Shown piece after piece: positions 25,198 through 38,730 of a stretch of DNA of 64,000 nt. The stretch is from Takakia lepidozioides (lineage: Eukaryota; Plantae; Bryophyta): the NCBI GenBank assembly GCA_030704615.1, contig CM060731.1:69440001-69504000 (forward strand). The letters run 5' to 3'. Numbering within the stretch: the stretch's first letter is position 1; the number at the start of each line of letters is the position of its first letter. The notes under the pieces were generated by a model that saw nothing but the letters and a program-made list of their open reading frames with translations, was not told the DNA's origin and did not search any database. The position numbers and the translations under genes are program-made.

Positions 25198-25820
25198 ATG
25201 GCAGAGACGGAGGACCAGTCGAAGGACAACTCCTTGATTCCGGGGTTGACAGACCATGTGACACTAGAATGCGTTGCACGGGTGCCTCGCTCTTATTATT
25301 TATCGTTGACAGGTGGTTGTAAGAAATGGCAGAATGCGCTAGCGGTGGTTGATGACGAAGGCCGCAACGACGTCTTTGAGATTCACAAAACGGGTAGAGA
25401 TCAAGGAGGAATGGGTTTACATGCTGGCTCGGCCTGCACACACTGTATAGCCTCTCATAAGTGCACGGAAGTGGTGGGCGTTTGATTCCGTTAGTATGCG
25501 TTGGCGATGGCTGCTAGATTGCCCTGTGGATTATACCTTGGAAGTTTCCAACAATGAGTCAACAGTTACAGGAACTCAGCTTTTGGTTTGCGGACAGTAC
25601 CCTAGAGGCTACATGGTATGGAGGTATGATTTAGTCTCAACGAATAGTCTTCAACGCCAAGAATGATTCAGGATCGATGTCTTTGTAAGTTAGCAAATGC
25701 AGGAAAATATGCTTATCTTGCTGGAGGATCTCACCAGCAAACGACTCTCAGAACAACGCTACAACTCGCTACTTCAAGCATGGGAACCTCTCCCCGATCT
25801 CAACATAGCACGGGAAAGGG
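25198..25820 (+). pseudogene. F-box/kelch-repeat gene fragment captured inside the CACTA
   Basis: F-box SLIPGLTDHVTLECVARVPRS..KKW; then kelch-like GTQLLVCG, VWRYDL, MIQDRC..AYLAGG, WEPLPDLN across frameshifts. Confidence 0.8.
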
Positions 25821-28800
25821 ATCTAATGGGAAAAAAAGAATAAATGTGAACTGCTGGATATTGGTTGATCAAGGGTAGCGATCCCCACTTCCCAAATGGA
25901 TGAATGACATGGATGAGGAGCAACATTCATAAGGATTTAAAATGGTTCATGTATCAATTTAAGTTGATCATGTACCAACTTAAGTTGGTCATGTCCTTGG
26001 ATGGATGAGAGTTACAGATAGATGAAAATTATGAGGAAGAATGAAAATGGATGAAATCAGCGGATGGAACCATGGATGGATGAATTACGAGCTGGATCTT
26101 TGGACGGATGACAATGGATGGAGGAACAACACGTGGTTTGATCTGGACCGTTCAGGTGGAGGGCGCAGATCTGAATGATTAAAACAAAAACAAAAAAAAA
26201 TCTTATATTAATGAACACTCTAAGGAAAATTAATTAAAAACTCTAATTAGGTGTCGGTGCTTAAATGCACCAGTAGTAATTTATTATTTTTTTGGAGAAA
26301 AGGATGGATGAAAGTGGTCAACACAAGCGACGGATGTAGGGCGACGGACTGATATAAATCAGCCGGCGAAAGTGAGAACAAACAATCGAGTTCTTATTTT
26401 CTCTCTCTCTCGCTCTTTCTCTTCGCTCTCTTTCTTCGTTTTAATGTAGGCTAGATGTTGTAGTGAAGAGGAACGGTGTATAGTGAACTGGTTTTTATTA
26501 AACATTGCAGCTGCACGCCGTTGGAATCAAGGTGCCGTGTTAGTAGACGTGAGTCGTGTGGTACGCCGAGACTTGCATGATTGAAGTAGAGAAGCTTGTT
26601 ACTGTCTAGATTTCCTTGAGTATTCGTGTACCTACCCTCTTATAATCTGATAGATCATTCGTACCATAGCAAGTCAGATCAGTCCGTGAGCAGAATTCAT
26701 CAAACCTACACCATCAGCGACATCAACTTGGGACTCGTGCTCGGGTGAGCACCGTGTGAAGAAAATCTACCTCGAATAGTTGATTATGTTGTAGAAGATT
26801 ACCCTCTATACCTACTTGGAGTTCTATAGAGACAGCCTTGAATCTGAATTTCAGGTATCCTAGACAGTCCTAGATTTACGCCGCGCCAGGGGAAACGACC
26901 TTGGAAATCTAGCACTCCTAAGCTACCGCCAAATCATTGTAAAATTGTCTTGTTTTGGTTGGTTGTTTTCTTTTGCTTCTTTCTTCCCTGCTCTGTTCTC
27001 TTCTATCTTTTCCATGTAATGAGCCTGAGGTACTTAAGTTGAAGGCGGCTAATCATCATAATACCGCCCTATCAATTTTCAACTGGAAAATCATACTAGG
27101 ATGTGACTTAGTTGTTTTCTTTGTTGGCCCAACACATCCAATCTTATTGCTTAAATTACTAACTTCAAGCTAAGACCTTAATTAGTGTTTGGACGATCTA
27201 GAAGAGGTGCTGATTGAATCTCATAGAAGGAAGAATGTTAATGGGAATCTGATTCAAATTTAAGGAAAACAAGTGGTGAGTGCAGAATTATGAATTTTTG
27301 AACAAGGGCAATTCTTGACTACAAATAGTTTTTTTTTTACTATGAGCAGCTAAGATTTGAGTTAAAAACCTTTTTATGAACTTTTATTCACAAAATAATT
27401 CTAGAATCTTGTGGAGTAAGGCTTAGGTTACAGCTGATGCTTTACGGAAAGTGAATCGAAGAATGTAGCAGGAACTTATGAATTTTTGAAAACGAGGAAT
27501 TCTAACTGCCATGCCATTTTAAAGAGTGAGCTTGGAGTATTTTGTTTAAATAACTAAAAGCAACTACCTTGTAACAATAGCTCTACATTAGTTTGATGGT
27601 TAGTCCGGTAGTCTACACCCTCTTGATTTGAGGTTCAACTCTTGCAGGCCGCAGTTTATATGGTTTTGTTCATCTGTTCGGAACCTTTGTAATAGCCCTA
27701 TAAGTACTTAGATAGACGAGTTATTATTGAGTATAACTTGAGGGACTTACTAGTTAGAGATTGTGTCGAGGTTGGGGTTTCAAATCCCAATAGCCGCCAC
27801 ACTACTTCCCATAGTTAGTTTTGACTCTCTTCTTTTATTTTGGTTATAGTAAGTTGGACTGATCCTTTCCTCATAATGATCTAATTAATTATATATTCTT
27901 GACTCACCTAGATTAATGGGTACTAGTAAAAACTAAATAAATCAGTATCTCTACCCTTTGAACTTATACATAAAGTTATTCAAAAAGAAAAGAAATACTA
28001 AAGTTGATTAATTGAAACTAATTTGTTGTTGTTTACTGAATAATTAATATTTACACTAGATATCTCTCCTCTAAAATAACCATAACCCTTATACCAAGGG
28101 TAATTATACATTCGCATTGCTTATTCCTGGACTATTGTTTTCGTAAATACGTCAGTGAGCTAGTACTAACTGTTGATAACATATTACAAACACAAAACAC
28201 CTATAACATAGAAAAATTATAATCCACACTAGCAGCACCCTCGGGGCTAGGCGGCGCCTTCGGGACCTAACCTAGCTCTGTCTAATACGAACCCTAAATT
28301 AAGTATGCACCTGTTAATGGGGTGCATTAATGGTTGACATAGTCGCACATGAACGTGCCCTCCCATGGAGCTAGCGACGGCCCCCCGGGGGCTGCGACAT
28401 CCTTGTGATTCCCGGGCGTCGCTACAGAACTTCCTTACCCATGGGGGTCTAGCGACGCCCCCAAATGGCGGCGACGTCATGGCGATTCCCGGGCGTCGCC
28501 AGGCTGTGACGTTTTGGCGACGCCAGCGCATGGCTAATTCTGGGAATGGGCGACGTCCTTGCGACTGCCCCATGACGCAGGGGAAGGGATGGACCTCCCT
28601 CCCTGCCCTTTATTGCGACTCCTGGGAGTCGCCATATTGCGACGCCCCGGAGGGGCGGCGTCTTTTCGCCGTCGTTGGTCGTGGCTAGGTGGACCCGGGG
28701 GATTAATGATTCCCTTAGGTCGCTAATCTGCAACGTTCCGGGAGCGACGTGGCGGCGACTTCCTGACGTCGCAATTTGTCCCCGGCGCGCCCCTGGTGCT

Positions 28801-28880
28801 GTAGTGTATTTTCATCGCTAGGCGTGGCGTTTGGAGGTCGCTGAGGCATCACTAAACCCCCCCCAAACGTAGTAGTGGGA

Positions 28881-29345
28881 CATGTATGTGAAATGTGGGT
28901 GCATTGAGGATGCAAAGGGAGTTTTGACAATATGACTGAGTGAAATGTGGTGTCATGGAATGCGATGATCGCAGGATATGCCCAGCATGCTTTGATTTCG
29001 TGAGTCAAAATCATGGCCTCGCTCCTACAATGGAGCATTTTGGCTGCATGGTGGACCTTCTTGGCCGTGCAGGTCGAGTGGAGGTGGCAGAGGACTTCAT
29101 GAACAAAATGCCAATCGAACGAGCTCCTTCAGTGTGGCAGACCTTGTTTGGTGCTTGTAGAATTCATGGCAATGTGGAGGTGGCAGAAAGTGCAGCAAAA
29201 TGCCTTTCTAAATGGGATCCACATGATGCTGCTATTTATGTGTTACTCTCAAGGTTGGCAAGCGGGATGATACTGCAAAGGTGAGGAAAATGATGAGGGA
29301 CAAAGGTCTAAAAAAGGAGCCAGGTCTCACTGCTGTATTGAGGTG
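28881..29345 (+). pseudogene. PPR/E-domain pseudogene, right flank of the CACTA
   Basis: MYVKCGCIEDAKG; HFGCMVDLLGRAG..VWQTLFGACRIHGN..YVLLS. Confidence 0.88.
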
Positions 29346-29434
29346 GATTCTAGCGTGATAAGTTGAGTTGGGTGTTTCCTAGAACAAATCATGCATAGGT
29401 CCTTGTCTTGCTGCTAGCAGCTAACAATGAAATG

Positions 29435-30330
29435 AGCTCTGGAAAAAGGGAAGGAGGTCCATGGTGACATCGTCAAAGCTGGAATGTACGAGATGTCATC
29501 CTGAACACTGCCCTGGTTGACATGTTTGCCAAATGTGGATGCATGAAGGATGCGAAAGGAGTTTTCAACACTCTGGCTGAATGAGATGTGGTGTCGTGGA
29601 ACGCGATGCTTGCATGGTATGCACATCAGGGGCACAGGATGGAGGCTTTGGAGACCTATGAGCAAATGATGGGGGAAGGGGTGAAGCCCACATCATATTT
29701 GTGTGCGTTTGCAATGCTAGTTGTGCAAGCCTGGTAGGCCTGAAAAAGGGCAACGAGGTGCATGGTGACATCATAAAAGCTGGAATTGTACCAAATGTGT
29801 TCTCTCTACATGCAGCCACACTGGCCTACTAAATGAAGAAAGACGCTACTTCGATTCCCTGAGTCAAGATCATGGTGTCATTCTGAAATTAAAGCACTTT
29901 GGCTACATGGTGGACCTTCTTGGACGTGTGGGACAACTGGATGAGGCAGTGGACCTGATTAATAAAATGCCAATCAATCCAAATGTTGTGGCGTAGAAGG
30001 CCTTGCTTGGTGCGTGCAGAATTCATGTCAGGTGACAGAATGTGCGGCAAAATGCATCCTCAAGTGGGATCAACGGGATGCTACAACTTATGTGCTGCTG
30101 TCCAATGTCTATGCTGCAGCTGGCAGGTGGGATGATACTGCAAAGGTGAGATAAATCATGCAGGTCCATTAAGCTGTGAGAAAGGAGCCAGATTGCAGTT
30201 GCATTGAGGTAGATAATGAGGTGCATACATTCAGTTTAGGAGACCAGTTACATCCACGAATTCAGGACATCCATGCTGAGCTGGAAAAATTGTCTAGGCA
30301 GATGAAGAATGCAGGTGCTTCCAGAAAATG
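29435..30330 (+). pseudogene. Degenerate PLS-E/E+ PPR pseudogene
   Basis: PLS motif remnants, MVDLLGRVGQLDEA, YVLLSNVYAAAGRWDD and EPDCSCIEVDNEVH, with many stops. Confidence 0.85.
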
Positions 30331-33300
30331 AATATTGTCTTCAGGTTGCCCACACAATGGCAATTGCACTCTCCCTTTCCTCTCTGCTTCTGTTTGCTGC
30401 TCAAGGTAGGCTTCCAAGAGAGCGAGACTGACTAGTAGGTATGCTCCTCTGCAACCAGTGAATGACAAGAGCTCATGAATGTTGAAGGTAGCAACACATT
30501 TATTGTCGAGTCATGGCAATGCCATTAAGTAGGTCACCCGGACATATCACCATTGAAAGCAGTGGATTATATCAGTTACAAATGTGACGTGTTTTCTCTA
30601 GATCTGCTAACCAACACCTATTTGAAGTACTATTGGGAGGAATCATGCAAGGCGCTTCTTGTTTAGAACTTCCTCTTGTGCCCCCCTCCTTCCTACTCTG
30701 CATTTTGGTACAATATAGTGCAGCATTGCTTAACTAGAAGAGTTCTGATATGGAAATTCATGGTGCCACATTCCTTGGCAGAGAAGAAGCCATGGTGTCT
30801 TGCTGTGCTTCCCTTTTCAGCTATGTTCTTGATGTTTTGGAAGAAGGTCACTCCCTGGTGAGAATACCCTGGACAATGTATCAGAAAATGGATATTGACA
30901 GCAATCAAACAATTAGGCTCGCACTCTGCCAAAGAGAGAAGCCCAATGTACCAATGTAGACAACATGACCACCCAGACCAGCTTGTGTGGAATATGCACA
31001 TTAATGGCCAGCTGCATTCTGCCAACCAAATACACCACATAAACGTAGAGGCCCCAGAAAGCTCAAAAACATTATTTTTCTAAGCTCTTAAACATTTGAT
31101 GTACACAAATGAAACAACTAAATAGGCTCCAAGAGATTGCAAAATAGAGTGATTGAAAAGGAACTTGGAAAAAAATCAATGAGTATCCAAGCTGTGTCTT
31201 GTCAATTCACTGCATGACCTTATATCCTATTCTGCCTCAAATAGTCCTACAGAGTTTATTATTATTATTATTATTATTTATTTTTCAGAGTTTATTTTCC
31301 AGCTCAAAATAAATCACCTTCTTTAAGATTAAACCTAGGCCTGCATGCACTCAAGCTGGAAGAATGCATATGGGAGAAGTAGGTAGTCTAGCAAACCAGG
31401 ATAACACCTTAGATGTGCTGGTACTTTTGAGTAGGTGTACATGAGAATTCAATATTGTTCCGCTAAAACAAAAATAATAATATATTGCTTAACAAATTTA
31501 GTTGTCCCTTAATTTAAACATTAAAAAAACATATAAAGTTGCATGGCCCAAGATTCCAGACACAGTCGCTACCACATACAACCAAGTGCAAATATTAGAC
31601 CAGACTGTTTTGTAATATTCAAACTGACATACTTACAAATCTCAGATACTTCCTTTGGACATATACTGGCCCAAGGATGGCATCCAATTCTGCACAACTC
31701 GAGTGAAAATGATAGAGAGGTAGTATTGGAAAGTGGTAGAACAAATATCAATAAATTTTATCAAGACAAAGGTTTTTATCAAAACAACTTGGGCATGTGT
31801 ATAACTTCAAATAATATGGAAAAAAAATGTTAATGCGGAGAGCCGGATAAAATATGTTTTAATTAAAGACAAAATACATGATGAACGTTGGAACAAATAT
31901 GCATTAACTAGAAAACAACAAAGCTCTTTCATGAAACCGTGACATTAAGTCAAAGTCCAAACAATTTGAAATCTAAACCATCTGAAAATAAAGATGAAAA
32001 GATATCATATAAACAACATTCATAATCCAAATTTACTAACTTGTTGTATCAAAATGAGTGACAGTCTTACACCGGTCAAATTAATATCACATGAAATAAA
32101 TTTTCATCTTTTCATATAAACTTGAATATAGCCCGTCTATCTGGACGTTGTTCTCAGAATTCGTCGCTAGTAGTGCGGAGCAACGCAAAGCCCTAGTTCT
32201 AGCTACGACCGAAGGTCGCAAGCTAGTTTAGCGTAGAGCAGGAATAGGGTACCATAGTGCCATGTCATCATCGCCACATCATCGTAGCCAGGTCATCGTA
32301 GACACGTCATCGTCGTCGTCAATTTCTTTGGAATCTGCCCGGACGGCCCGCGAGAAATAGGCCAATAGAAATTGCCGCGCCAACGTTTTTGGAACTGCCC
32401 GCAATGCCCGGATCTTGATCTTCTTGAACTGCAGGAGCTCTGCGTTTTCCGCCATTGTTCGCACAGGCATGGATAGCTGAAGGAGCAGGGATCGAGTGTG
32501 GGTCCAAATTCATCCAAAAGGACCGGATTTCAAGCTCCAGATTACCTATGATTCGAAAAGACAACAAATGGGGAGGAGTTTCTTGCAGACGGAATCGGAA
32601 GCTGTCACTCGTGATTGGGTGGGAAAGAAGAAAAGTGCAGCTTAGATTACACCTTACTTCCTTGTTTCAGACCCGCACAGTGAGTCTCCATGATTGTTTT
32701 TCCATGAGCACGAAGGGTATGTTAGGTTGTGTCTGGTTGCAAAAATCCCACATCTGCTTGAAGCTAAACCCAAGTTTCAAACCTAATCTTACATTGATTA
32801 GATTGTAATTGCTATCTGTCTGCCATAACCTCCCTATAACCAGTGTTCACTGGAAACAATAAATGCAAACTGTGAGATTGACATTCAAAGCTGAAGGTTG
32901 CTCTTTTTCCATGTTTCAGCCTTCTTGGCCATTATGTTTGTGACCATTGTTTTATCAAACGTGGTGATAATGATGCAATTTGGATATAACCATATGTTGT
33001 CACTATTGACACGAAATATGGTAGATCATGAATTGACGTGTCATAGATCTGACTCACAGATATGGTGAATTGTGGTCACCTTGGCTAGATTTGGCTGCAT
33101 GCCTTCCTCCAGAAGGCAGCGAGAGCACTTGCATTGGAAGCCCCAACCCTTCACACCTTTGTCCTTCCGCTGTTGAAGGGGACACAGAATATCAAAGTAG
33201 GGCAAGCACACCTCTTCTCTTTTTGTTTTTGCCTGATTCTGGTGATGTCAGGTTGCAGGTTGTTGGATCCCGGCAAAATTCCATATCCATGAGCAATGGT

Positions 33301-33418
33301 GCCATTGGGACTGGGCAGATGGATAGCACACCCAGCGTGAGCAAAAGTGAAATCCAATTTTGGATGCTGCTTGAATGCTAGTTATGGGACTGAGGTGAGT
33401 GGGCGGGCTGGTGATCAG

Positions 33419-33517
33419 AAGTGCAAATTGTCGGACATGCTTGGACCTCCCTGGAGCAAAGAGGACCTGGAGCTCTTCTATCAAGCATTTTGAAAATATG
33501 GCAGAGACTGTAAAAAG
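33419..33517 (+). pseudogene. ALWAYS EARLY (ALY/LIN-9) N-terminal SANT/Myb exon fragment
   Basis: cag|[32 protein letters not shown]|gt matches the plant ALY consensus [31 protein letters not shown]; one in-frame stop. Confidence 0.75.
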
Positions 33518-36309
33518 GTATCTTATGACCATAATTGACTTGTTGAGATTGTTTTCTGGTTGTACCAAAATCTCTTGTCATCTTGACTGCTTTTTGCAGC
33601 AACAAATGAAGCGAGCAGCAAATTGTCTCTGTAGGTCCATCTATATCAGGTTGACACTGGAATTCACAAGCAATTGTCCTATTTGTTGATCCATCCCGTT
33701 GTGTGATAGTCCCTGATTTCACGCAACAGAGAATGTCTCTCAGAACAGGGGGCTGCAGTAGACACTCTATGATATTTGTACATGGACAAGGTCTTGCAAG
33801 ATCACGATTCTATTTTCCCACTATACTGTTCTTGCTTGTCTGTGCTAAGTTGTAAGGTTGTTTAGTGTCTTTTCAAGTTGAATACAATTGATGGATTAGC
33901 TTTTGTGGCTGTCAAATATTGTTGGATGTTTTTTCAATCATGTCCTCTGCCTCAAAATTCTAGTTTGCTGCTCAAAGCCATATTGTTCCTTCCATCTGTC
34001 CCACAAGTCCTGATTCATTACCATAATGAGTACTGACTATAAAGATTTGGAACTCCTGCAAAAGGGAGACTCAGGGTCTCTTACTCACTTGTCTGAAATG
34101 TGCACAATGCAAGAATGTATGTGTTTCAAATGTTTGCACAGCTATAACGCTACTGACTCACAACAGCAGGTCTTCTAGACATTACCCTGAGTCCTTCCAC
34201 TTCTTCACTACTTGTAGAAGCGAGTCTCTGTGGATCAGAAGACCATAATGGAGATGCCAGTGCAATTGGTAAGTAAAGCAGATGAGCGGTCAGCTGGGGA
34301 ACAAGTTGTACAAGAATCAAAGGCAACTGACAGGGAGCTGTGCAACAAAGACAAGGCAACTTCAATGGACTCCTTGAGCACTTCTGTGCAACAAAGACAA
34401 GGCAACTTCAATGGACTCCTTGAGCACTTCACAAAGCCTGCTGGAGTGAGGGAGGGGTGCAGTCAGATCACATCCGGAGGCAGGTACAAGCCAAAGTTGT
34501 GTTCATCCAAGGCGAGACCACAATTCTCTACTCAGAGCAGTGTGAGTTGCATACTGATCTATCATATTATTTTGACCCTCTTAATTATTAACTATGATGG
34601 CCCAGAGGCCCCATACATCAGTTTGGAATGTTTCAAGTGGTGCAGCTGTTATCTTGCACTCTTACTTTTCGGGGTGCTGTACAGACTGCTGGTGGCCAGA
34701 TTCCCAAAGAGCTTGCACCTTATCTATGGACAGCAGGTGGTGATGAGGTGGCCATTGTTGGGATTGCAGTTGGAGGTGCTGGTGAGCAAGCTGGATGTTG
34801 GTTTGAAGGAGATGAATGCAATGCAACTCGATGAAAAGAAGTGCTTTCACCAGGAACATTTTCACCTTATCCTAATCTCTTGCTCGTCAGAGGTCCAGCT
34901 GCTCAGAAACAGCTCCATTCTGGCTGAGGAGAAGCTCGATTCATTGAAAAGGATTCATGAGCAAGATGTAAGGCACATTTAAATTTCAGACATGGTATAC
35001 ATCAGATACAAGGCAAGTCTCCCGATTCCATAAACAGTGATACATCAAGCATATATTATAACGCCATTTCTTAGCTAAATGAAATGATGGTGCAGACAAG
35101 TCTGCTTCTGGTACCAATTTGGCTTATAGGAGACAATGGCGGATATGCTTCTTCCAGCAACATGCGACTACCGGAAGGAACCCAGTAGGTGTAAATTGGA
35201 GACTGAAGAGACAATACCCTAAAGCCTAGACAGGGCCTGCATTATGATGATTCGCAATATAAGACACCAGTATAACAGAGGGGGGGGGATGTGGAAACTG
35301 GCCGATGGTTTCCTCCGGGAATGTAAGTCTTTCGTGGGAAGAGTAACAGTGATCAAACAAGCAAGAAATTTTATGTCTTCTTTCAATGAGTGCTTGAAGA
35401 CCCCAGATTGAGAGCCCAATCCTGTAGTTTGCAGCCACGGCGGTCAGAGGTTGGAAATTAGCCCAATAACCGGTTTAGTACAAGTATGTACTCGATTTGT
35501 GAATCTTTCTTTGAAATCTGGCTCTGCCTCTCAATAAATTTTCTTTGTGTTGTACATATTTTGCAGATGAGTTGAAGAAGGCACGCTAGTTTGGAAGTCT
35601 AACGACATTTGGACGCGGCCTGCCCAGAGGGGGTGAAGTATCAGTTGTAAAATCCCTTGAGAGACAGGAGGGGATTCTTCGATCCCTAGCCCGACATGAC
35701 CCTTTGGTATGCTTTTTCATTACATCTGAATTTGGTTGCTACAACAGGAAAGTCTATTTCAATGTTTAATGAGAGCACCAACCTTCAGAAGTGGTAAACA
35801 GTTAAAGAGGGCTACATACTGGACGGCCGGGTTTGCAGGTGAGCAAACGATGTCTTCAGAAAGTAAGCAAGGGGCATCGGGCTGGGCATGGTGTGGGTCC
35901 AGTGAGTTGGAGAGCTGCACAAGGCTGAGGTGGCAATGGAGTGGGGCTAGAGCTGGGGGGGTTAGTGGAATAATGTACAAACCAAATGTGACACGGAATG
36001 TCGACACAATATAACCCCCACCCACTTTCCCACCCAGCTACCATGGGACAATGTGAAGTTTCTATCTTTCCTTCTTTCATTAGGCATGGGTGCTTTCAAA
36101 GATCAATTCCACATCCTACAGATTGAGACTGAAAGACAGATGGACCAATGAACACTCCAGGGATGGTCTCTGCTGTAACAGAGCAAATGAAATATGTCGT
36201 GAATCAAAGCGACAAACCATCAATGTTGAGGATGAGCTCAAAGCTGTTGAGGAGCTGGACCTCACCGAATTTTGTGAGCCCTTGAGAGCTGCACTTGCAG
36301 GTGTGTATG

Positions 36310-36352
<43 letters not shown>

Positions 36353-37089
36353 ATGATTTGCAGTGATGACTTGAGTGGATTATTTGAGTTTTTTGTTCTG
36401 TCTTTCCTTAAGGGGCAAGGTGGCAGATCAAACTCTAGTAGAAAACCTCTTCAGGGAACACCTCAGAAGTTTGAAAAAGCCAAAAAAGTCAACAAAGGCA
36501 CTAGTCTTTTTCAAACTCTATGTGTCTTCCTTGGCCCTTGTTGGGGTCTAATTGCAGTGCAGCTCACACACAACAGATTGATGCTCGTGTGAAGGGATTT
36601 CTAGGAGAACTTGGAAAGCTGTTTATACCAAGGTAAGTCCCACTACTGGAGTGAGCCCCTGACAAAGGTAGTGTCTGTTCCCTCTTGTTCTACCCAAACT
36701 GGGCGTAGGGTCTATGACAACATCATCTCATGAGTACATTCTCTGTCTTCCTTTTGCATGACTTATCTAGACTGTCTTTAAAGAACAAAGCAGTTATGGG
36801 TGCTTGCAGGCTTCAGGAAAGATAATGAGTCTAAGAAATCTGAAACAAAAAAGAAAGGTGGGGTCAGAAAGAGAAAGCCTGATGGTGACACTAAAGAGGG
36901 GGGAGTGCAGCTACGGCGTGAGCCTAGCCGCGTGAGCCCAAGAGCTCGGCTCACGCTTTGCCCTCTAAGCGTGAGCCCAGGGGTTTAATGGAGGAAGAAG
37001 CAGGCCCCATACCCGAGTCCTCTGTTTAGAGAGGGTCCTATTGTCGTGGAAGCAGTTATAGCGCTTAAAAAAAGAGGTATAGAAAGAAT

Positions 37090-38470
37090 AGAATGGTCAT
37101 TGTGAAACTTACTAAGGTTTTCTTATTGAAGAAGAGGTGAAAAAAAAAGGCTGGGTGAGTCATCATGAATCTTACTTAGGGATTCTTGCATGAACAAGAG
37201 GCAAGAAAAGTTTGGATGCTCATTGTCAAGGTATCTGTCGTTTCCAGTATTTCATCCATGGTGGATGGATGATGGATGGATGGATGAAATATTGAAGGAG
37301 AGGTTTAAAATAATGAGGATGGGCAAGAACTGGCCCCAAAATATGACCCCTCATTGTGAAACAGGCAATGGTTTTTGTTAATATAGATGAGGTGAAAATT
37401 AAACAGATGGTCATCTTCAAGCTTATTTAGGCTTTGTTTGTGAAGATGTGTAACAAAATGAGCGGTTTATTGTGGAACTTGTTCAGCTTTGTGTTATTGA
37501 AGATGAGGTGAAAAAAAAACACATGGTCATTGTGATTGCTTATTTAGGGTGTCTTTGTGAAGAAGAGGTAAAAAAAAACATTGAGCTATCATTGTGAAAC
37601 TTGTTTAGGATTCTGTTATTGAAGAAGAGGTGAAAAAAAAAAGTTAAGCTCTATCATTGTCAAACTTGTTCAGGTTTCTGTTATTGAAGAAGAGGTGAAA
37701 AAAGAAATCAGATGGTCATTATGAATGTTTATTTAGGGTTTGTTTGTGAAGAAGAGGTGAAAAAATTGAGCTCTCATTCTCAAACTTGTTAAGGTTTCTG
37801 TTATTGAAGAAGAGGTGAAAAAAATATTAGATGGTCATCATGAATGCTTATTTAGGGTTTGTTTGTGAAGAAGAGGTCAAAAAAAAAGTTGAGCTCTATC
37901 ATTGTCAAACTTCTTCAGGTTTCTGTTATTGAAGAAGAGGTGAAAAAAAAACTTGAGCTCTACCATTGTCAAACTTCTTCAGGTTTCTGTTATTGAAAAA
38001 GAGGTGAAATAAAACCAGATGGTCATCATGAATGCTTATTTAGGGTTTGTTTGTGAAGAAGAGGTGAAAAAAATTGAGCTCTATCATTGTCAATCTTGTT
38101 CAGGTTTTTGTTGATGAAAAAGAGGTGAATAAAAAATCAGATGTCATCATGAATAAATTAGGGTTTGTTTGTGAAGAAGAGGTGCAAAAAAAACTTGAGC
38201 TCTATCTTTGTCAAACTTCTTCAGGTTTCTGTTATTGAAGAAGAGGTGAAAAAAAAATCATATGGTCATCATGAATGCTTATTTAGGGTTTGTTTGTATA
38301 GAGGACGTGGAAAACAAATGAGCTGTCATTGTGAAACTTGTTCAGGTGCCTGTTATTCAAGAAGAAGTGGAAAAAAAAAACAGATGGTCATCATGAAGCT
38401 CATTTACGCAATGCTTCTGTAGAGGCCGTGAAAAAATAAAATGAGCTTTCATACTGACACTTGTCCATGT
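37090..38470. repeat. ~60-bp tandem array with two alternating subtypes, inside the MULE
   Basis: gaagaagaggtgaaaaaa followed by either atggtcatcatgaatgcttatttagggtttgtttgt or ttgagctctatcattgtcaaacttgttcaggtttctgttatt; roughly 20 units. Confidence 0.9.
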
Positions 38471-38730
38471 TTGGCAGGCCCTTGAACAAAAAATGGTTTT
38501 TTTTTTCTTTTTCTTTTTCTTTGGCCCGGGGCAATATTGGGGGTGGGGGCAGAAGTGGTGTGCGTTGACGCACTCAATTTTAGAGGCTCGTTAACCAAAC
38601 CCGATGAAATAATAAACTACCTTTCATGACGAGACATCGCCTGCTTGTCTAGATTTAAGAACTGTGCATACATGTTCTACAAACAAGGCAGCCCTTTCCG
38701 ACATTGCGAAAAATCGCAACATATGCAACA

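Larger units (their letters stand above)
9877..28877 (-). mobile_element. CACTA/En-Spm DNA transposon, 19.0 kb, with nested and captured sequence
   Basis: TIRs CACTACTACGTTT(a)GGGGGGG / CCCCCCCCAAACGTAGTAGTG; 3-bp TSD GGA at 9874-9876 and 28878-28880; GCGAC-rich subterminal repeats; internal transposase. Confidence 0.95.

Noticed and set aside
25890-26330. GGATG-rich stretch as a regulatory array (similar at 37255-37290 and 41110-41210)
   Set aside because: A low-complexity dispersed motif without definable boundaries or testable structure.
34230-34982. 250-aa ORF
   Set aside because: No recognisable motifs; it contains a local duplication and intron-like stretches.
36899-36902. Alternative 5-bp TSD (AAGAG) with GGGGG...CCCCC termini for the MTase element
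   Set aside because: The TIRs align without gaps only when the element starts at 36903, which gives the 9-bp TSD typical of MULEs.
37090-38470. CRISPR-like array
   Set aside because: The inter-repeat segments are themselves repeated in two subtypes, the context is eukaryotic and there are no cas genes.
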